A DNA stretch of 57,203 nucleotides from IMG/VR virus record IMGVR_UViG_3300033153_006620, positions 1-57,203 of that record. The stretch is one strand, 5' to 3'. The notes under the pieces are model-generated. The model was not told the origin of the DNA and did not search any database. It worked only from the letters and a program-made list of their open reading frames with translations. A program made the position numbers and the translations under genes. Of this stretch, positions 42,823-51,620 are shown one piece after another. Within the stretch, counting starts at the first letter, position 1; every line of letters begins with the position of its first letter. Origin of the DNA: a virus.

Positions 42823-44954
42823 GATTTCACCGCTACTGTTAAGCATCTACAATTGATTACATTACCGGCAGCTCCCCCTGATTCCAAAGGATATTTAAGC
42901 CCCGTAAGCGGAAATGGTTGCCCTAATTTTACAATATGAGTATCTTCATTTTTATGATCAAAAGGGTCTACTCTGACAATTTCATCCTTAGCGGTAACCC
43001 ATTCATGCTTTTTAATCTTCTCCGCCCTCATGATTTTATCGCGGGTGGATGTTGCTATGGAACTGGTTTCGGTTCTCGCAACGGTCTTTGCGTGTCCAGA
43101 AGTTATGGTATCAAAAGCCTTATGTTCAGCCTTCTTAATTAATTTTGTAAGCTCTCGAACTGTTAAATCAGGATTATCAGTAATGATGGTAGAAATCTCA
43201 TTACCCATTATTTTGAAAGTAGTGTTGTTGATTCCCCGAAGATATTTCAACCGGTCCTTCATTATTGCTTTTTGAGCTGCGCCGGTAGGATCCCAATTAA
43301 CCAACTCCCCTAATTCAGTTCCCATTTTAACGGTCTGAAGATTTATACCTTCTATGTATATAGGCTCTGAGCTTAATGTTAACTCTTTGTTTTCCGGGCC
43401 AATAGGTATCATGTAGTCAGATAAAGCAGCCTTAGTGATCATCTTTTCACCCTTAGCTACTTTATCAGCTTGATTCAAAAACCGGTTCCTCTGTCCTGTC
43501 CAGAACTTTATAATCATCCTGGTGTAATTCTTTTCCGGTTTAGCCTGGGTTTGTTTTATGTATTCAACCCAAAACACATCCCGCTCATCCCGGTCCATGG
43601 ATTTGCGCTTAAACTGTTTCGGTTCGGTTTCCTTGGGTGGTTCCGGTGCAAGTTGTCCAACTATTTCACCAGTCCTAAGATTAACTCTAGCACCTTTAAC
43701 AAGTGGTTCCAATAGCCATGGCATATCTGCGATGTTAATCTTCAATCCTACGGTTTCATAGGCCGTTGCCGGGGGCACGCCATCTTGAATAAGAAAACGT
43801 GCAGTCTTAACCTTTCCCTCGGTATTCCTACGTAAAGCAGCTACTTTGGAAAGATCAAAGCCCCCTGTGAGATTTCGTTTGTCAAGGTAATTTATCCAAT
43901 CCGGGTTTAATCCACCATCCCAAATCTTATTAATCAAAGGAATCAATGTATCATGCCAAAGCAATTCTTTCATGACTTCAGCGGTGGAACGGTTAACATC
44001 ATCAACCATTCCCAGTTCCATTTTATTAACACCGTAATCCGCTATTACTTCAGTAAGTGTAAAGTTTTTCCCCTCGGTCATTTCCAAATCGGAAAGGCTT
44101 TTGGTTTCCATTTGTTCCAGCTTCATACCGCTATGCAATGCAAGTAGCTTGCCGGCATTAGTAGCCCCGGAAAACTTTTCTCTAATCTGGTTTTTAACAG
44201 ATTCGACCTGGGGGCCACCCATTCTTTTATCAGAAGTGATGATATTTCCAATAGATGCATTATTCTTAAAAAACTTTTGCTGTAATTCGCGGGAAGTAAT
44301 ATCCGTTTCAACACTCATTCTCAATGCTGAATACGGGGATATACCCTGCAACATATTATTTTTGTTGAAATTCCTAATCCTGATAACTTGAGAGGGGAGA
44401 AATTTTATAGATTTACGACTGTTAGGCATATATTCCCAGCCCGTAAACTCATTGTTACCGGTTACGATTGGTTCAACATGTTCATCACTGGCCACCCACA
44501 AATAATCAGGAACAATTCCCCGAACCAAATCAACAGGTTCATGGCTCAAATCAGTTGGCAGGATAAAAGCTTGTCCACCTGGAGTTCTAGATGTGGGTAG
44601 GCTAAGAAATAATATTATAGCTTCAAAAAAATCATCCCTATGCATCATAGGATTCGGTCTTTTCAACCTATCCAGTGCAGGATGTTCATAAATTATTTCG
44701 TCTTCTTTGCCTTCGGGCCATAGAATCGGAGTAAGAGTTTTGATGTTTCTTGTTAGTATGTTGGTACATGCATATACCCATGAATACAATTCATAGGGGC
44801 TACTTGCTATTTTTTGAGCGTCAGAAGTTGCACCCCATAACTGAGAGAAACTTTTCAGGAATGTGGGATCCAATTCGCCGGTAATCTGTTTCTCCATTAT
44901 ATCACCTTGGGCATTATACAGCGAAATATCTTTAGGTGCAACGGCATAGGTCAT
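42819..44954 (-). CDS. Portal protein fused to a Mu-F/SPP1-gp7-like head morphogenesis domain
   Basis: 711 aa, directly after the large terminase; C-terminal NVINCRCLTVAV motif typical of MuF-like domains. Confidence 0.75.
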   Translation of the reverse strand: MTYAVAPKDISLYNAQGDIMEKQITGELDPTFLKSFSQLWGATSDAQKIASSPYELYSWVYACTNILTRNIKTLTPILWPEGKEDEIIYEHPALDRLKRPNPMMHRDDFFEAIILFLSLPTSRTPGGQAFILPTDLSHEPVDLVRGIVPDYLWVASDEHVEPIVTGNNEFTGWEYMPNSRKSIKFLPSQVIRIRNFNKNNMLQGISPYSALRMSVETDITSRELQQKFFKNNASIGNIITSDKRMGGPQVESVKNQIREKFSGATNAGKLLALHSGMKLEQMETKSLSDLEMTEGKNFTLTEVIADYGVNKMELGMVDDVNRSTAEVMKELLWHDTLIPLINKIWDGGLNPDWINYLDKRNLTGGFDLSKVAALRRNTEGKVKTARFLIQDGVPPATAYETVGLKINIADMPWLLEPLVKGARVNLRTGEIVGQLAPEPPKETEPKQFKRKSMDRDERDVFWVEYIKQTQAKPEKNYTRMIIKFWTGQRNRFLNQADKVAKGEKMITKAALSDYMIPIGPENKELTLSSEPIYIEGINLQTVKMGTELGELVNWDPTGAAQKAIMKDRLKYLRGINNTTFKIMGNEISTIITDNPDLTVRELTKLIKKAEHKAFDTITSGHAKTVARTETSSIATSTRDKIMRAEKIKKHEWVTAKDEIVRVDPFDHKNEDTHIVKLGQPFPLTGLKYPLESGGAAGNVINCRCLTVAVKS

Positions 44955-46405
44955 ACGATTATAACCCCCGGCATCAAACCCACCTTGTCATAGATAGCAC
45001 CCCAGACAGCGTATTTAAAAGCGTCACCGTCATCGGGGGAACGGTGTAATTCTTTTTTGATTAAGTCTTTTCCCCATAGATGTATTGTTTTTTCGCCTTT
45101 AATATCGTACCGGTAAACACCTATATCATCTCTCAATTCCTGAGATTCTATACCGCCGATTTTCCCGGCTTCCATCAAAACCTTTACTTCCCATCCCACG
45201 CGGGAATTCATGTTGAAATAGATTTGTTTCTGATTTAAATCTGGATGTTCTAATTGAAAATCATCGTCATCGGCTGAACCACCCGAAAAAGCTTGGATTT
45301 CGTAACCATCTTCGACAAGATGATCGTAAGCTCCGGCACCCAATCCTACAACATCAAGAAATACTCTATGATGGGGAATTTCCCAGTCAATAATTAATTC
45401 TTTAGTTTTTTGCTCGACCTGTGGAACGCTGGTTTTTGGAAATTTCTCGGTGTGAATTATATTAAATCCCTTTTCGTAATTACCTTCTAATACATACCAT
45501 GCCGAGGCATCAGGTCCGAATCTTCCCACATCCACACCCATGGCTCGGTAGGTTTCATCTGATTGAATGTTTCCAGTATTCTCTTCCGGGATATATTCGG
45601 GTTTTATAAATTCAATTAATTTCTCACATGCCCAAATAGTTTCCCAGGAAATTAACTGTTGAATGTCGTCTTCAGCGTCCCATGAACCCTGGACTCTTTT
45701 TCGGTATAGATTGGGAGCGCGTTCTTTGAGAGTTTCAAGAGCGGCCCGATAGGCATCTGTTAAAAAAGGGTTGTCATAAGGGAGGGCGGGCAAATAAAAA
45801 TACATATCAGGCAAAGTGTTATTCGTATACGGTGTATAAAATATGGTTTTGATCCATTTTTGAGTCGGATTAGCAGAATAAAGATGCAAGATAGGCGGCA
45901 TTGCTCCCTTAACAACCCACCGCCCAACACGGTCAATAAGTTTTAAATCCAAAGCTTCTGATAGTTCCTGACATTCCTCTCTCGCTGCGCCATTAACTTC
46001 TAATCCATCGAAATTAGTCAAATCTGGATATTGCTTAAGATTTTCACTCATGAAAATAATTTGAGATCCGTTTGTAGCCGTGGCTTCCATTCTCGTCCTA
46101 TTGTACCTAGTGGGATGAAAGAAAGGTTTTGGGCAAAATTTCCAAAAGGATGGAATAGTATTTCTTTCCAGTACAGGCCTATCTTTTCTTATAATAACCC
46201 ATCTCGAGCCGGGATAAACTTTACAAAGAATGGAGAATAAAATTATAATGGTAACGGTTTTCATCCCTCCTACAGCTCCCCCGTAGAATAGGTGTGTGTA
46301 TAAGCCTGACAATGCTGCCTCGATGAATACGATTTGTTTGCCAACCGCTTCAACATAAATTTGATCCTTTTCAACTTCATTAGCTTTTATTAAGGTCTCA
46401 ATCAT
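44951..46405 (-). CDS. Terminase large subunit
   Basis: Walker-A-like GGAVGGMKT and a following acidic motif; size; position between the small terminase and the portal. Confidence 0.8.
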   Translation of the reverse strand: MIETLIKANEVEKDQIYVEAVGKQIVFIEAALSGLYTHLFYGGAVGGMKTVTIIILFSILCKVYPGSRWVIIRKDRPVLERNTIPSFWKFCPKPFFHPTRYNRTRMEATATNGSQIIFMSENLKQYPDLTNFDGLEVNGAAREECQELSEALDLKLIDRVGRWVVKGAMPPILHLYSANPTQKWIKTIFYTPYTNNTLPDMYFYLPALPYDNPFLTDAYRAALETLKERAPNLYRKRVQGSWDAEDDIQQLISWETIWACEKLIEFIKPEYIPEENTGNIQSDETYRAMGVDVGRFGPDASAWYVLEGNYEKGFNIIHTEKFPKTSVPQVEQKTKELIIDWEIPHHRVFLDVVGLGAGAYDHLVEDGYEIQAFSGGSADDDDFQLEHPDLNQKQIYFNMNSRVGWEVKVLMEAGKIGGIESQELRDDIGVYRYDIKGEKTIHLWGKDLIKKELHRSPDDGDAFKYAVWGAIYDKVGLMPGVIIV

Positions 46406-46862
46406 TTATATCGCCTGAACCAAAATCGATTACAAAATCTCCAATTTTTAGCTTTTGTTTCTCCTCATCATTAAGTTCGGCGTTATAATTTATCTGCCCT
46501 TCAACATATCCCCGCTTTTTGCCTTTGCATTTCAAGTAAAAATAAATGGAGGATAAATCGTCTCTTTCAATACTCTTGAATAATTTGTCTTCTACGAAAT
46601 CCAAATTTATTTCTACAACGTCACGACAAGCCTTTTTAAACTCTTTGTCACTTTTCTCGTATTCGTAGTAAGTAGAGCGGCCACATTTGGCAGCTTTGCA
46701 AGCATTCGTGATATTACCACGATTTTCAACCATAGCCTCGATTAAGATTTTTTTATTCTGTTCGGTTTCGGGAGAATCTTCTTTTTTTATAGTGTCCGGA
46801 TTTGTTGGTAGATTGTTAATAGATTCGTCGTTTCCCGGTACTTCATCGACATTTTCTTCCAT
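46398..46862 (-). CDS. Terminase small subunit
   Basis: HTH segment GNITNACKAAKCGRSTYYEYEK; overlaps the terL start; first gene of the late operon. Confidence 0.6.
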   Translation of the reverse strand: MEENVDEVPGNDESINNLPTNPDTIKKEDSPETEQNKKILIEAMVENRGNITNACKAAKCGRSTYYEYEKSDKEFKKACRDVVEINLDFVEDKLFKSIERDDLSSIYFYLKCKGKKRGYVEGQINYNAELNDEEKQKLKIGDFVIDFGSGDIND

Positions 46863-46935
46863 CTTATTAACATATTACCAACAATCCCCCTTTGGCAACA
46901 AAATAAACCTAAACTTTCGCTAGAATTATGCAACT

Positions 46936-46956
46936 ATTGTTTATAAATTGTTTATA
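46936..46956. repeat. Two copies of ATTGTTTATA, 11 bp apart, in the divergent control region and overlapping a TATATT -10-like box
   Basis: 46936-46945 and 46947-46956 are identical; flanked by CAACT on both sides. Confidence 0.75.
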
Positions 46957-46968
46957 TTTTGTACAACT

Positions 46969-47178
46969 ATGGAAATGTTTAGTAATTGCAGCGGTGAATG
47001 CAAAGATTGTTTGATTAACTACACCGGCAGATGTTTAGCCGGGCATGGTGACGATGATTTTACAAAAATCACAGCTTCCGGTGTAAGGCTTATTTTAAAA
47101 AATGAACATATAGAAGAGTGGAGAAAAGAGAAATTAAGGGAGGTAGCTAATGACTTGTATAGTAGGACTGACTCATAA
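46969..47178 (+). CDS. Small Cys-rich protein (start moved to ATG 46969)
   Basis: MEMFSNCSGECKDCLINYTGRCLAGH; first gene of the only plus-strand block. Confidence 0.5.
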   Translation: MEMFSNCSGECKDCLINYTGRCLAGHGDDDFTKITASGVRLILKNEHIEEWRKEKLREVANDLYSRTDS

Positions 47179-47689
47179 AAATAAAGTGTACATTGGAGGT
47201 GATTCCGCCGGAGTTGCTGGGTATAATTTACAGGTAAGGAGTGATGAAAAGGTATTCAAAAAAGATAATATGATATTCGGGTTCACCTCATCTTTCCGAA
47301 TGGGGCAAATAATAAGATATTGCCTAAAAATTCCAGAACATTTCCCCTCGAAAAATGACTATGAATATTTGTGTTCAACTTTTATTGATGCTTTAATTGG
47401 CTGTTTTAAAGAAAAAGGATATGCAACTGTAAAAGATGGCAGCGTCAGTGGTAGAATATTCTTATTAGGATATAAAGGCAATCTTTATAAAATAGAGAGT
47501 GATTTTCAAGTTGGAAAAGTTTTTGATTGTTTCGACGCTACTGGATACGGTCAAAATTTCGCTTTAGGCGCTTTGAGTGCAATTGCAACGGGAAAAATAG
47601 AACCGGAAAAATGCATAGAAGCAGCTCTACAAGCAGCGGAAAAATTTAGCGCGGGCGTAAGTTCACCATTTAAAATTGTGACATTATAA
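47150..47689 (+). CDS. Proteasome-beta/HslV-like N-terminal-nucleophile hydrolase
   Basis: MTCIVGLTHKNKVYIGGDSAG has Thr2 directly after Met, as in HslV (MTTIV..I.GD). GYGQNFALGAL lies near the C-terminal third. GGGAGG sits 6 nt before the ATG. Confidence 0.6.
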   Translation: MTCIVGLTHKNKVYIGGDSAGVAGYNLQVRSDEKVFKKDNMIFGFTSSFRMGQIIRYCLKIPEHFPSKNDYEYLCSTFIDALIGCFKEKGYATVKDGSVSGRIFLLGYKGNLYKIESDFQVGKVFDCFDATGYGQNFALGALSAIATGKIEPEKCIEAALQAAEKFSAGVSSPFKIVTL

Positions 47690-47752
47690 TTTTTTAATGA
47701 AAAATATTAAGAACTCATCTGATAACGTTGAAAATGACCTTTTAGGTAGATA

Positions 47753-47941
47753 ATGCTCAAAATTAAAATGTTACATTTGATGACTCAATTCACAGTAGAA
47801 TACAATTCAATAGCATACTCCAGTCGATTGATGGCTGAGAAATATGTAGCGATAATGGCATTAACTATAAGCATGAATAAAGCAATCCAAAAAATCATTA
47901 AGGAGACTGCAATTGAACAAACCAAAAAGAATAAGAACTAA
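47753..47941 (+). CDS. Hypothetical protein
   Basis: Plus-strand ORF within the island. Confidence 0.45.
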   Translation: MLKIKMLHLMTQFTVEYNSIAYSSRLMAEKYVAIMALTISMNKAIQKIIKETAIEQTKKNKN

Positions 47942-48128
47942 ATACGGGCGGTCAATATGCCTCTCCGATATTGTCGATGAAGCATTAGATATTAGAGCAA
48001 AAAAACAAGGTGGCTCCAGGTCTGCAATTGTTGAAATGATGCTTAGAGGGGAATTGCGGAATGAAATCAGGGTTATTGAGCTAAGACCGAATTCCGAAGC
48101 GAATAACGAAATCAAAAAGTCTTTTTGA
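47913..48128 (+). CDS. Ribbon-helix-helix (CopG-type) DNA-binding protein
   Basis: TTG start 7 nt after AAGGAG; GRSICLSDIVDEALDIRAKKQGGSRSAIVEMML fits strand-helix-helix. Confidence 0.55.
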   Translation: MNKPKRIRTKYGRSICLSDIVDEALDIRAKKQGGSRSAIVEMMLRGELRNEIRVIELRPNSEANNEIKKSF

Positions 48129-48224
48129 AATCTTCATAACAAATCCACAGCTCGAGCATACACAGGCATTTGGCGATATCACCAAAATCTCTTCTGAACA
48201 CTTTAAACATTTCATCATGATTAT

Positions 48225-48253
48225 AGTATAAGTTCGTTTTGATTATTTGTCAA
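48225..48253 (-). promoter_or_regulatory. Sigma70-type promoter TTGACA-N17-TATACT firing into the 3' end of the convergent plus-strand island
   Basis: -35 at 48248-48253 and -10 at 48225-48230. The -35 is one arm of the inverted repeat TTGTCAA-N10-TTGACAA (48247-48270). Confidence 0.5.
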
Positions 48254-48282
48254 CAGAAATAATTTGACAAGAATAAAACTTG

Positions 48283-48765
48283 TTAACGAAAATTCGCGCC
48301 GATAACAATAACCTTACCATTGGAGAATGTTGAATCAGACCTTACCAATTCGTCATCAATAAACAAAAATCCTTTAATAGTCTGTATTTGCCTTACGATA
48401 TCATTATAATCAGGCTCTACAAGTAGCCTGGCATATCTTACTCTAGAAATATTTAAACTGTCTTTTATGAACACAGTCTTGTCCATAGCGCATTCATCAA
48501 AATATGAGACACCAATGCTATCTTCCGTTATCCAGTTTACATTACACGCCCCGGTATCCGATTCAACAACGTACCTAACTTTATGATATTTCCATTCAGG
48601 TTTGATTTTAACGGTGTCTATTACAGTATTCGTCACAGTGTCGGTTATTGTATTGGACACGGTTAAGGTGTCATTCCCCGCTTGACATCCTGTTGGATTT
48701 GTACAGGCCATTAATGTTAACAACAAGCCTATTGCAAGCGCTATTGATAATTTTATAGTTTTCAT
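48283..48765 (-). CDS. Lipoprotein (start moved to ATG 48765)
   Basis: Signal peptide MKTIKLSIALAIGLLLTLMAC with lipobox L-M-A-C; AAGGAAG before the ATG. Confidence 0.65.
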   Translation of the reverse strand: MKTIKLSIALAIGLLLTLMACTNPTGCQAGNDTLTVSNTITDTVTNTVIDTVKIKPEWKYHKVRYVVESDTGACNVNWITEDSIGVSYFDECAMDKTVFIKDSLNISRVRYARLLVEPDYNDIVRQIQTIKGFLFIDDELVRSDSTFSNGKVIVIGANFR

Positions 48766-48778
48766 TTTACTTCCTTTG

Positions 48779-49237
48779 TTAATTATTAAATTTATCAGCC
48801 ACTTCTTTAAAACTCTCAATATCCCGACAAACGATCGTTTCAAATTTCTCCGCAAACTCCAATTGCCCCGTTCGCTGTTTCCCGGAGCCTGTTTTTAATT
48901 CGACTCCCAGAGCGGTATTGAGGCCGTTTTTCTGAGCATACAGAATTAAGTCGGGGACACCTAACAAATACTCTGAGATAGCTTTTCTTACGTTCTGCAA
49001 CCATCCATATAACATTTGATTCTTTTGCAGTGCAGACCCCAGGAAAGGCGCATAAATGAATTTCAGCATTTCATCCGGAATATGCAGAAACGAGATACCG
49101 TTTTCATTGCAATATTGTTCAGCCAATTCCTGTAATTCATCATGACTTGATTTAGACTTTTTCGGGGAACTTTTTACTGCAATATACCGGGGGAACTCTA
49201 AGCCCTCATCACCCGGTAATATTTTCATTCTGACCAT
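48779..49237 (-). CDS. VRR-NUC (PD-(D/E)xK) nuclease domain protein
   Basis: GVPDLILY..LGVELKTGSGKQRTGQLEF pattern of VRR-NUC. Confidence 0.65.
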   Translation of the reverse strand: MVRMKILPGDEGLEFPRYIAVKSSPKKSKSSHDELQELAEQYCNENGISFLHIPDEMLKFIYAPFLGSALQKNQMLYGWLQNVRKAISEYLLGVPDLILYAQKNGLNTALGVELKTGSGKQRTGQLEFAEKFETIVCRDIESFKEVADKFNN

Positions 49238-49258
49238 GATATTTTATTTTAGGTTTTG

Positions 49259-49522
49259 CTATTCACTCAAATCTTTCAACATCATATCAGTTCTTTTTGC
49301 AATGTGCTTTGTAAGCTTTTTATAACCGTCATCATTTGATTTCAAATCAAATCCTCTGAATTTACACCGGCTAGGATAAACATCAACAAGCCGTTTTTTG
49401 TCATCAAAGTTCATACATAAGGCCCACCCAAATAAATGCAATTGCATATTAATCCACCATAACAATCCTGCATTTCGGAATTGAGTCCAGTTTTTCTTAT
49501 ATATCATTTTCTTATTTTTCAT
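49259..49522 (-). CDS. Hypothetical protein
   Basis: Co-directional ORF. Confidence 0.55.
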   Translation of the reverse strand: MKNKKMIYKKNWTQFRNAGLLWWINMQLHLFGWALCMNFDDKKRLVDVYPSRCKFRGFDLKSNDDGYKKLTKHIAKRTDMMLKDLSE

Positions 49523-49549
49523 TTTGTTCCTTTTGTTAATTGTGATTAA

Positions 49550-49675
49550 TTAAAACACATCCAAAATTCTGCTTACAATCATTTCAATATTATGGCAGAA
49601 TAAAAATATGGGATACGCAATTGCAGTTAAGAAAATCCCTTCGATTAGTTCTGAACGCTTTAATATTTTATTCAT
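49550..49675 (-). CDS. Small membrane protein (41 aa)
   Basis: Hydrophobic GIFLTAIAYPIFLF; its ATG overlaps the end of the upstream gene. Confidence 0.35.
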   Translation of the reverse strand: MNKILKRSELIEGIFLTAIAYPIFLFCHNIEMIVSRILDVF

Positions 49676-49850
49676 CCGATTCCACCGCCCTTTCAATATC
49701 ATCCAATATTTGCATACACCCTAATTGCGCTTTGGATATACCATCTTGATGGCTTTTGCCGTGTTTATTGGCAATGGTAGGTGCTAATTTTTTTTCCATT
49801 TTAAACCATGCCAATGTATTCTCATTTATTTCTGATGTGAATTTTTTCAT
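49668..49850 (-). CDS. Hypothetical protein
   Basis: Co-directional ORF. Confidence 0.5.
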   Translation of the reverse strand: MKKFTSEINENTLAWFKMEKKLAPTIANKHGKSHQDGISKAQLGCMQILDDIERAVESDE

Positions 49851-50233
49851 TATTTTCCTTTATTTTTGATTTTAATGAAATGTTTCTTTGCAATCTTCCC
49901 ATTTACAGCTCTATAATACCACATAAAACGAACATACCTCACTCCCCTCAAAATCCACTTACCATTTTTTATTCTAGAATGCACAGCTTTTTTAAACAGA
50001 ATATTAGCCAGAACCGCTTCATCCCATGTTTTTGCAAAGTGCCAATCTATATCATGATTATTACAGTCATATTTAATAGAGAGACCGTAAATCTTATCCG
50101 GCACAATATCATATTTCCATCCACCAGGACCGCAACCGTTGGTCATTCGCTCGAATTCTTCTCGGTTTTCGTGCTTACGCATCAAGACAGCGTTTACCGA
50201 TATATGTACTTGTATAAATTTGCTCATTTTCAT
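49850..50233 (-). CDS. Hypothetical protein with a phospholipase-A2-like GCG..G / C..HD motif pair (tentative)
   Basis: NGCGPGGWKYDIVP..(14)..CNNHDIDWHF resembles a Ca-loop plus a catalytic HD. Confidence 0.3.
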   Translation of the reverse strand: MKMSKFIQVHISVNAVLMRKHENREEFERMTNGCGPGGWKYDIVPDKIYGLSIKYDCNNHDIDWHFAKTWDEAVLANILFKKAVHSRIKNGKWILRGVRYVRFMWYYRAVNGKIAKKHFIKIKNKGK

Positions 50234-50475
50234 TTCCCCACCAATTCGGGATGTTCTTTAAAGTGCTTGACCGTCGATGCATAAATGTCTTTTATAGTGT
50301 TCCATGGAATGGTCGTTTTTACCTTGACGCTGCAAATCTCCTCATTACAGTCGTCGCACTCTTCAACGTCCCCAACATGTGGACATTCTTCTAAATGTGA
50401 TGTTTCAAATTCACCGCTCAACAGCCCTTTGCACCCATTTTCGGCGGTCAAACTTTCGGGCATTTTGATAGTCAT
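50230..50475 (-). CDS. Hypothetical Cys-containing protein (start moved to ATG 50475)
   Basis: ATGA overlap with the upstream stop; CPHVGDVEECDDCNEEIC. Confidence 0.5.
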   Translation of the reverse strand: MTIKMPESLTAENGCKGLLSGEFETSHLEECPHVGDVEECDDCNEEICSVKVKTTIPWNTIKDIYASTVKHFKEHPELVGK

Positions 50476-50759
50476 ACCGGCCTCAACTTTTCCCATAGCT
50501 CTAATTTGGTTTCTAAGATTTCTTTGGGAGCGAAGAATTTCTCGATGTTTTTTATTACATGTACGCGCCGGGCTTCCATTGAAAGGGCTCTGTACTCCCA
50601 ATCACTGAGAGTATCAGGAAGGTCTTTCCATTTGCGTTTACCCTTGCCTCTTATATATGCCCTCGCTTCGTATACAGGTGTGGGACCGTAAAAATAGAAG
50701 TTAATACGTAACTGGTACTGTATCCCATTTTCTCGCTTAAATATTTTTTCGTGATTCAT
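50472..50759 (-). CDS. Hypothetical protein
   Basis: Co-directional ORF with 4-nt overlaps. Confidence 0.55.
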   Translation of the reverse strand: MNHEKIFKRENGIQYQLRINFYFYGPTPVYEARAYIRGKGKRKWKDLPDTLSDWEYRALSMEARRVHVIKNIEKFFAPKEILETKLELWEKLRPV

Positions 50760-51097
50760 GCTGCCCCCTCCTCCATCCTAGAATTCAACTTATCCTCTTT
50801 ATTCTCGTAAATCATGATAGCCAGATCATGGAACTTATCCCGGCCAAATCCTAACTCATCGCACAATACACTATTAGTGTCCCATTCGTACAGTGTCCAC
50901 TCGACATTATCTATCGAATAACCCGGGAATCCTATCTTTTCTTTAAAATCGGGCTCAAGCGCTTTGGCTGCGTATTTTATAGTCGATTTGAATTTAACAT
51001 AAGAAGGTCTTTCACATACTCTTTCATCATTTGAAACGGTTTCATCATGTTTGTGATGATTTGCACAGTGTTCACATATTCGTTCTATTTCAGCCAT
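50756..51097 (-). CDS. Hypothetical protein
   Basis: Co-directional ORF; CEHCANHHKH..C. Confidence 0.55.
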   Translation of the reverse strand: MAEIERICEHCANHHKHDETVSNDERVCERPSYVKFKSTIKYAAKALEPDFKEKIGFPGYSIDNVEWTLYEWDTNSVLCDELGFGRDKFHDLAIMIYENKEDKLNSRMEEGAA

Positions 51098-51402
51098 GGT
51101 TTCCTTTGCATTTCTTTTAACATTTTACGGGCGCGTATTCCAAGAGCCGTGCCGATTTTATCACTACAGTCATGTGATAAATACGTACATATACAGAAAC
51201 GCTCATTTTTCAATGAAATTTTCACCCCGGATCCTCCACAGTGTTTGCAATCCTTTTTCGGCCCGTATTTTGGCGGATGTTTCCCGTACTTCTTTGCTAA
51301 TGTAGGATTTGACTTTAACAATTCTATTACGCTCATAACATTTCCCAGCCTTTGTATTTTCCGAACGGCATTATCATGATTTAACCGATTCCAAAAAATC
51401 AT
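51085..51402 (-). CDS. Hypothetical zinc-finger-like protein
   Basis: CKHCGGSG..(11)..CICTYLSHDC. Confidence 0.55.
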   Translation of the reverse strand: MIFWNRLNHDNAVRKIQRLGNVMSVIELLKSNPTLAKKYGKHPPKYGPKKDCKHCGGSGVKISLKNERFCICTYLSHDCSDKIGTALGIRARKMLKEMQRKPWLK

Positions 51403-51616
51403 TTACAGCGTTAAATAGCTTAAGATTTCTTTTGGCTTCGAATATTTCATCACGGCATTTTATTAAAAGTTGAAAAGCTTCATCATACTTAACTTCGAGA
51501 GATTGTATTTTATCAATCCTCTGTTTATTAATCCAATTTTCGTGATGATAGCATTCTGTTTTTATGCATCTTTCGTAATCACCGCGCATTGTGCAGGTTC
51601 CACATTGATCGGACAT
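51374..51616 (-). CDS. Hypothetical Cys-rich protein
   Basis: CGTCTMRGDYERCIKTEC. Confidence 0.55.
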   Translation of the reverse strand: MSDQCGTCTMRGDYERCIKTECYHHENWINKQRIDKIQSLEVKYDEAFQLLIKCRDEIFEAKRNLKLFNAVNDFLESVKS

Positions 51617-51620
51617 ATCA

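Noticed and set aside
46860-46900. Leaderless mRNAs as a general feature, because -10 boxes lie 6-9 nt from the ATGs at 46862, 54609 and 48218
   Set aside because: Most genes have clear GGAG-type RBSs, and alternative downstream starts with RBSs exist for 54609. The -35 of the terS promoter is weak. This cannot be supported without TSS data.
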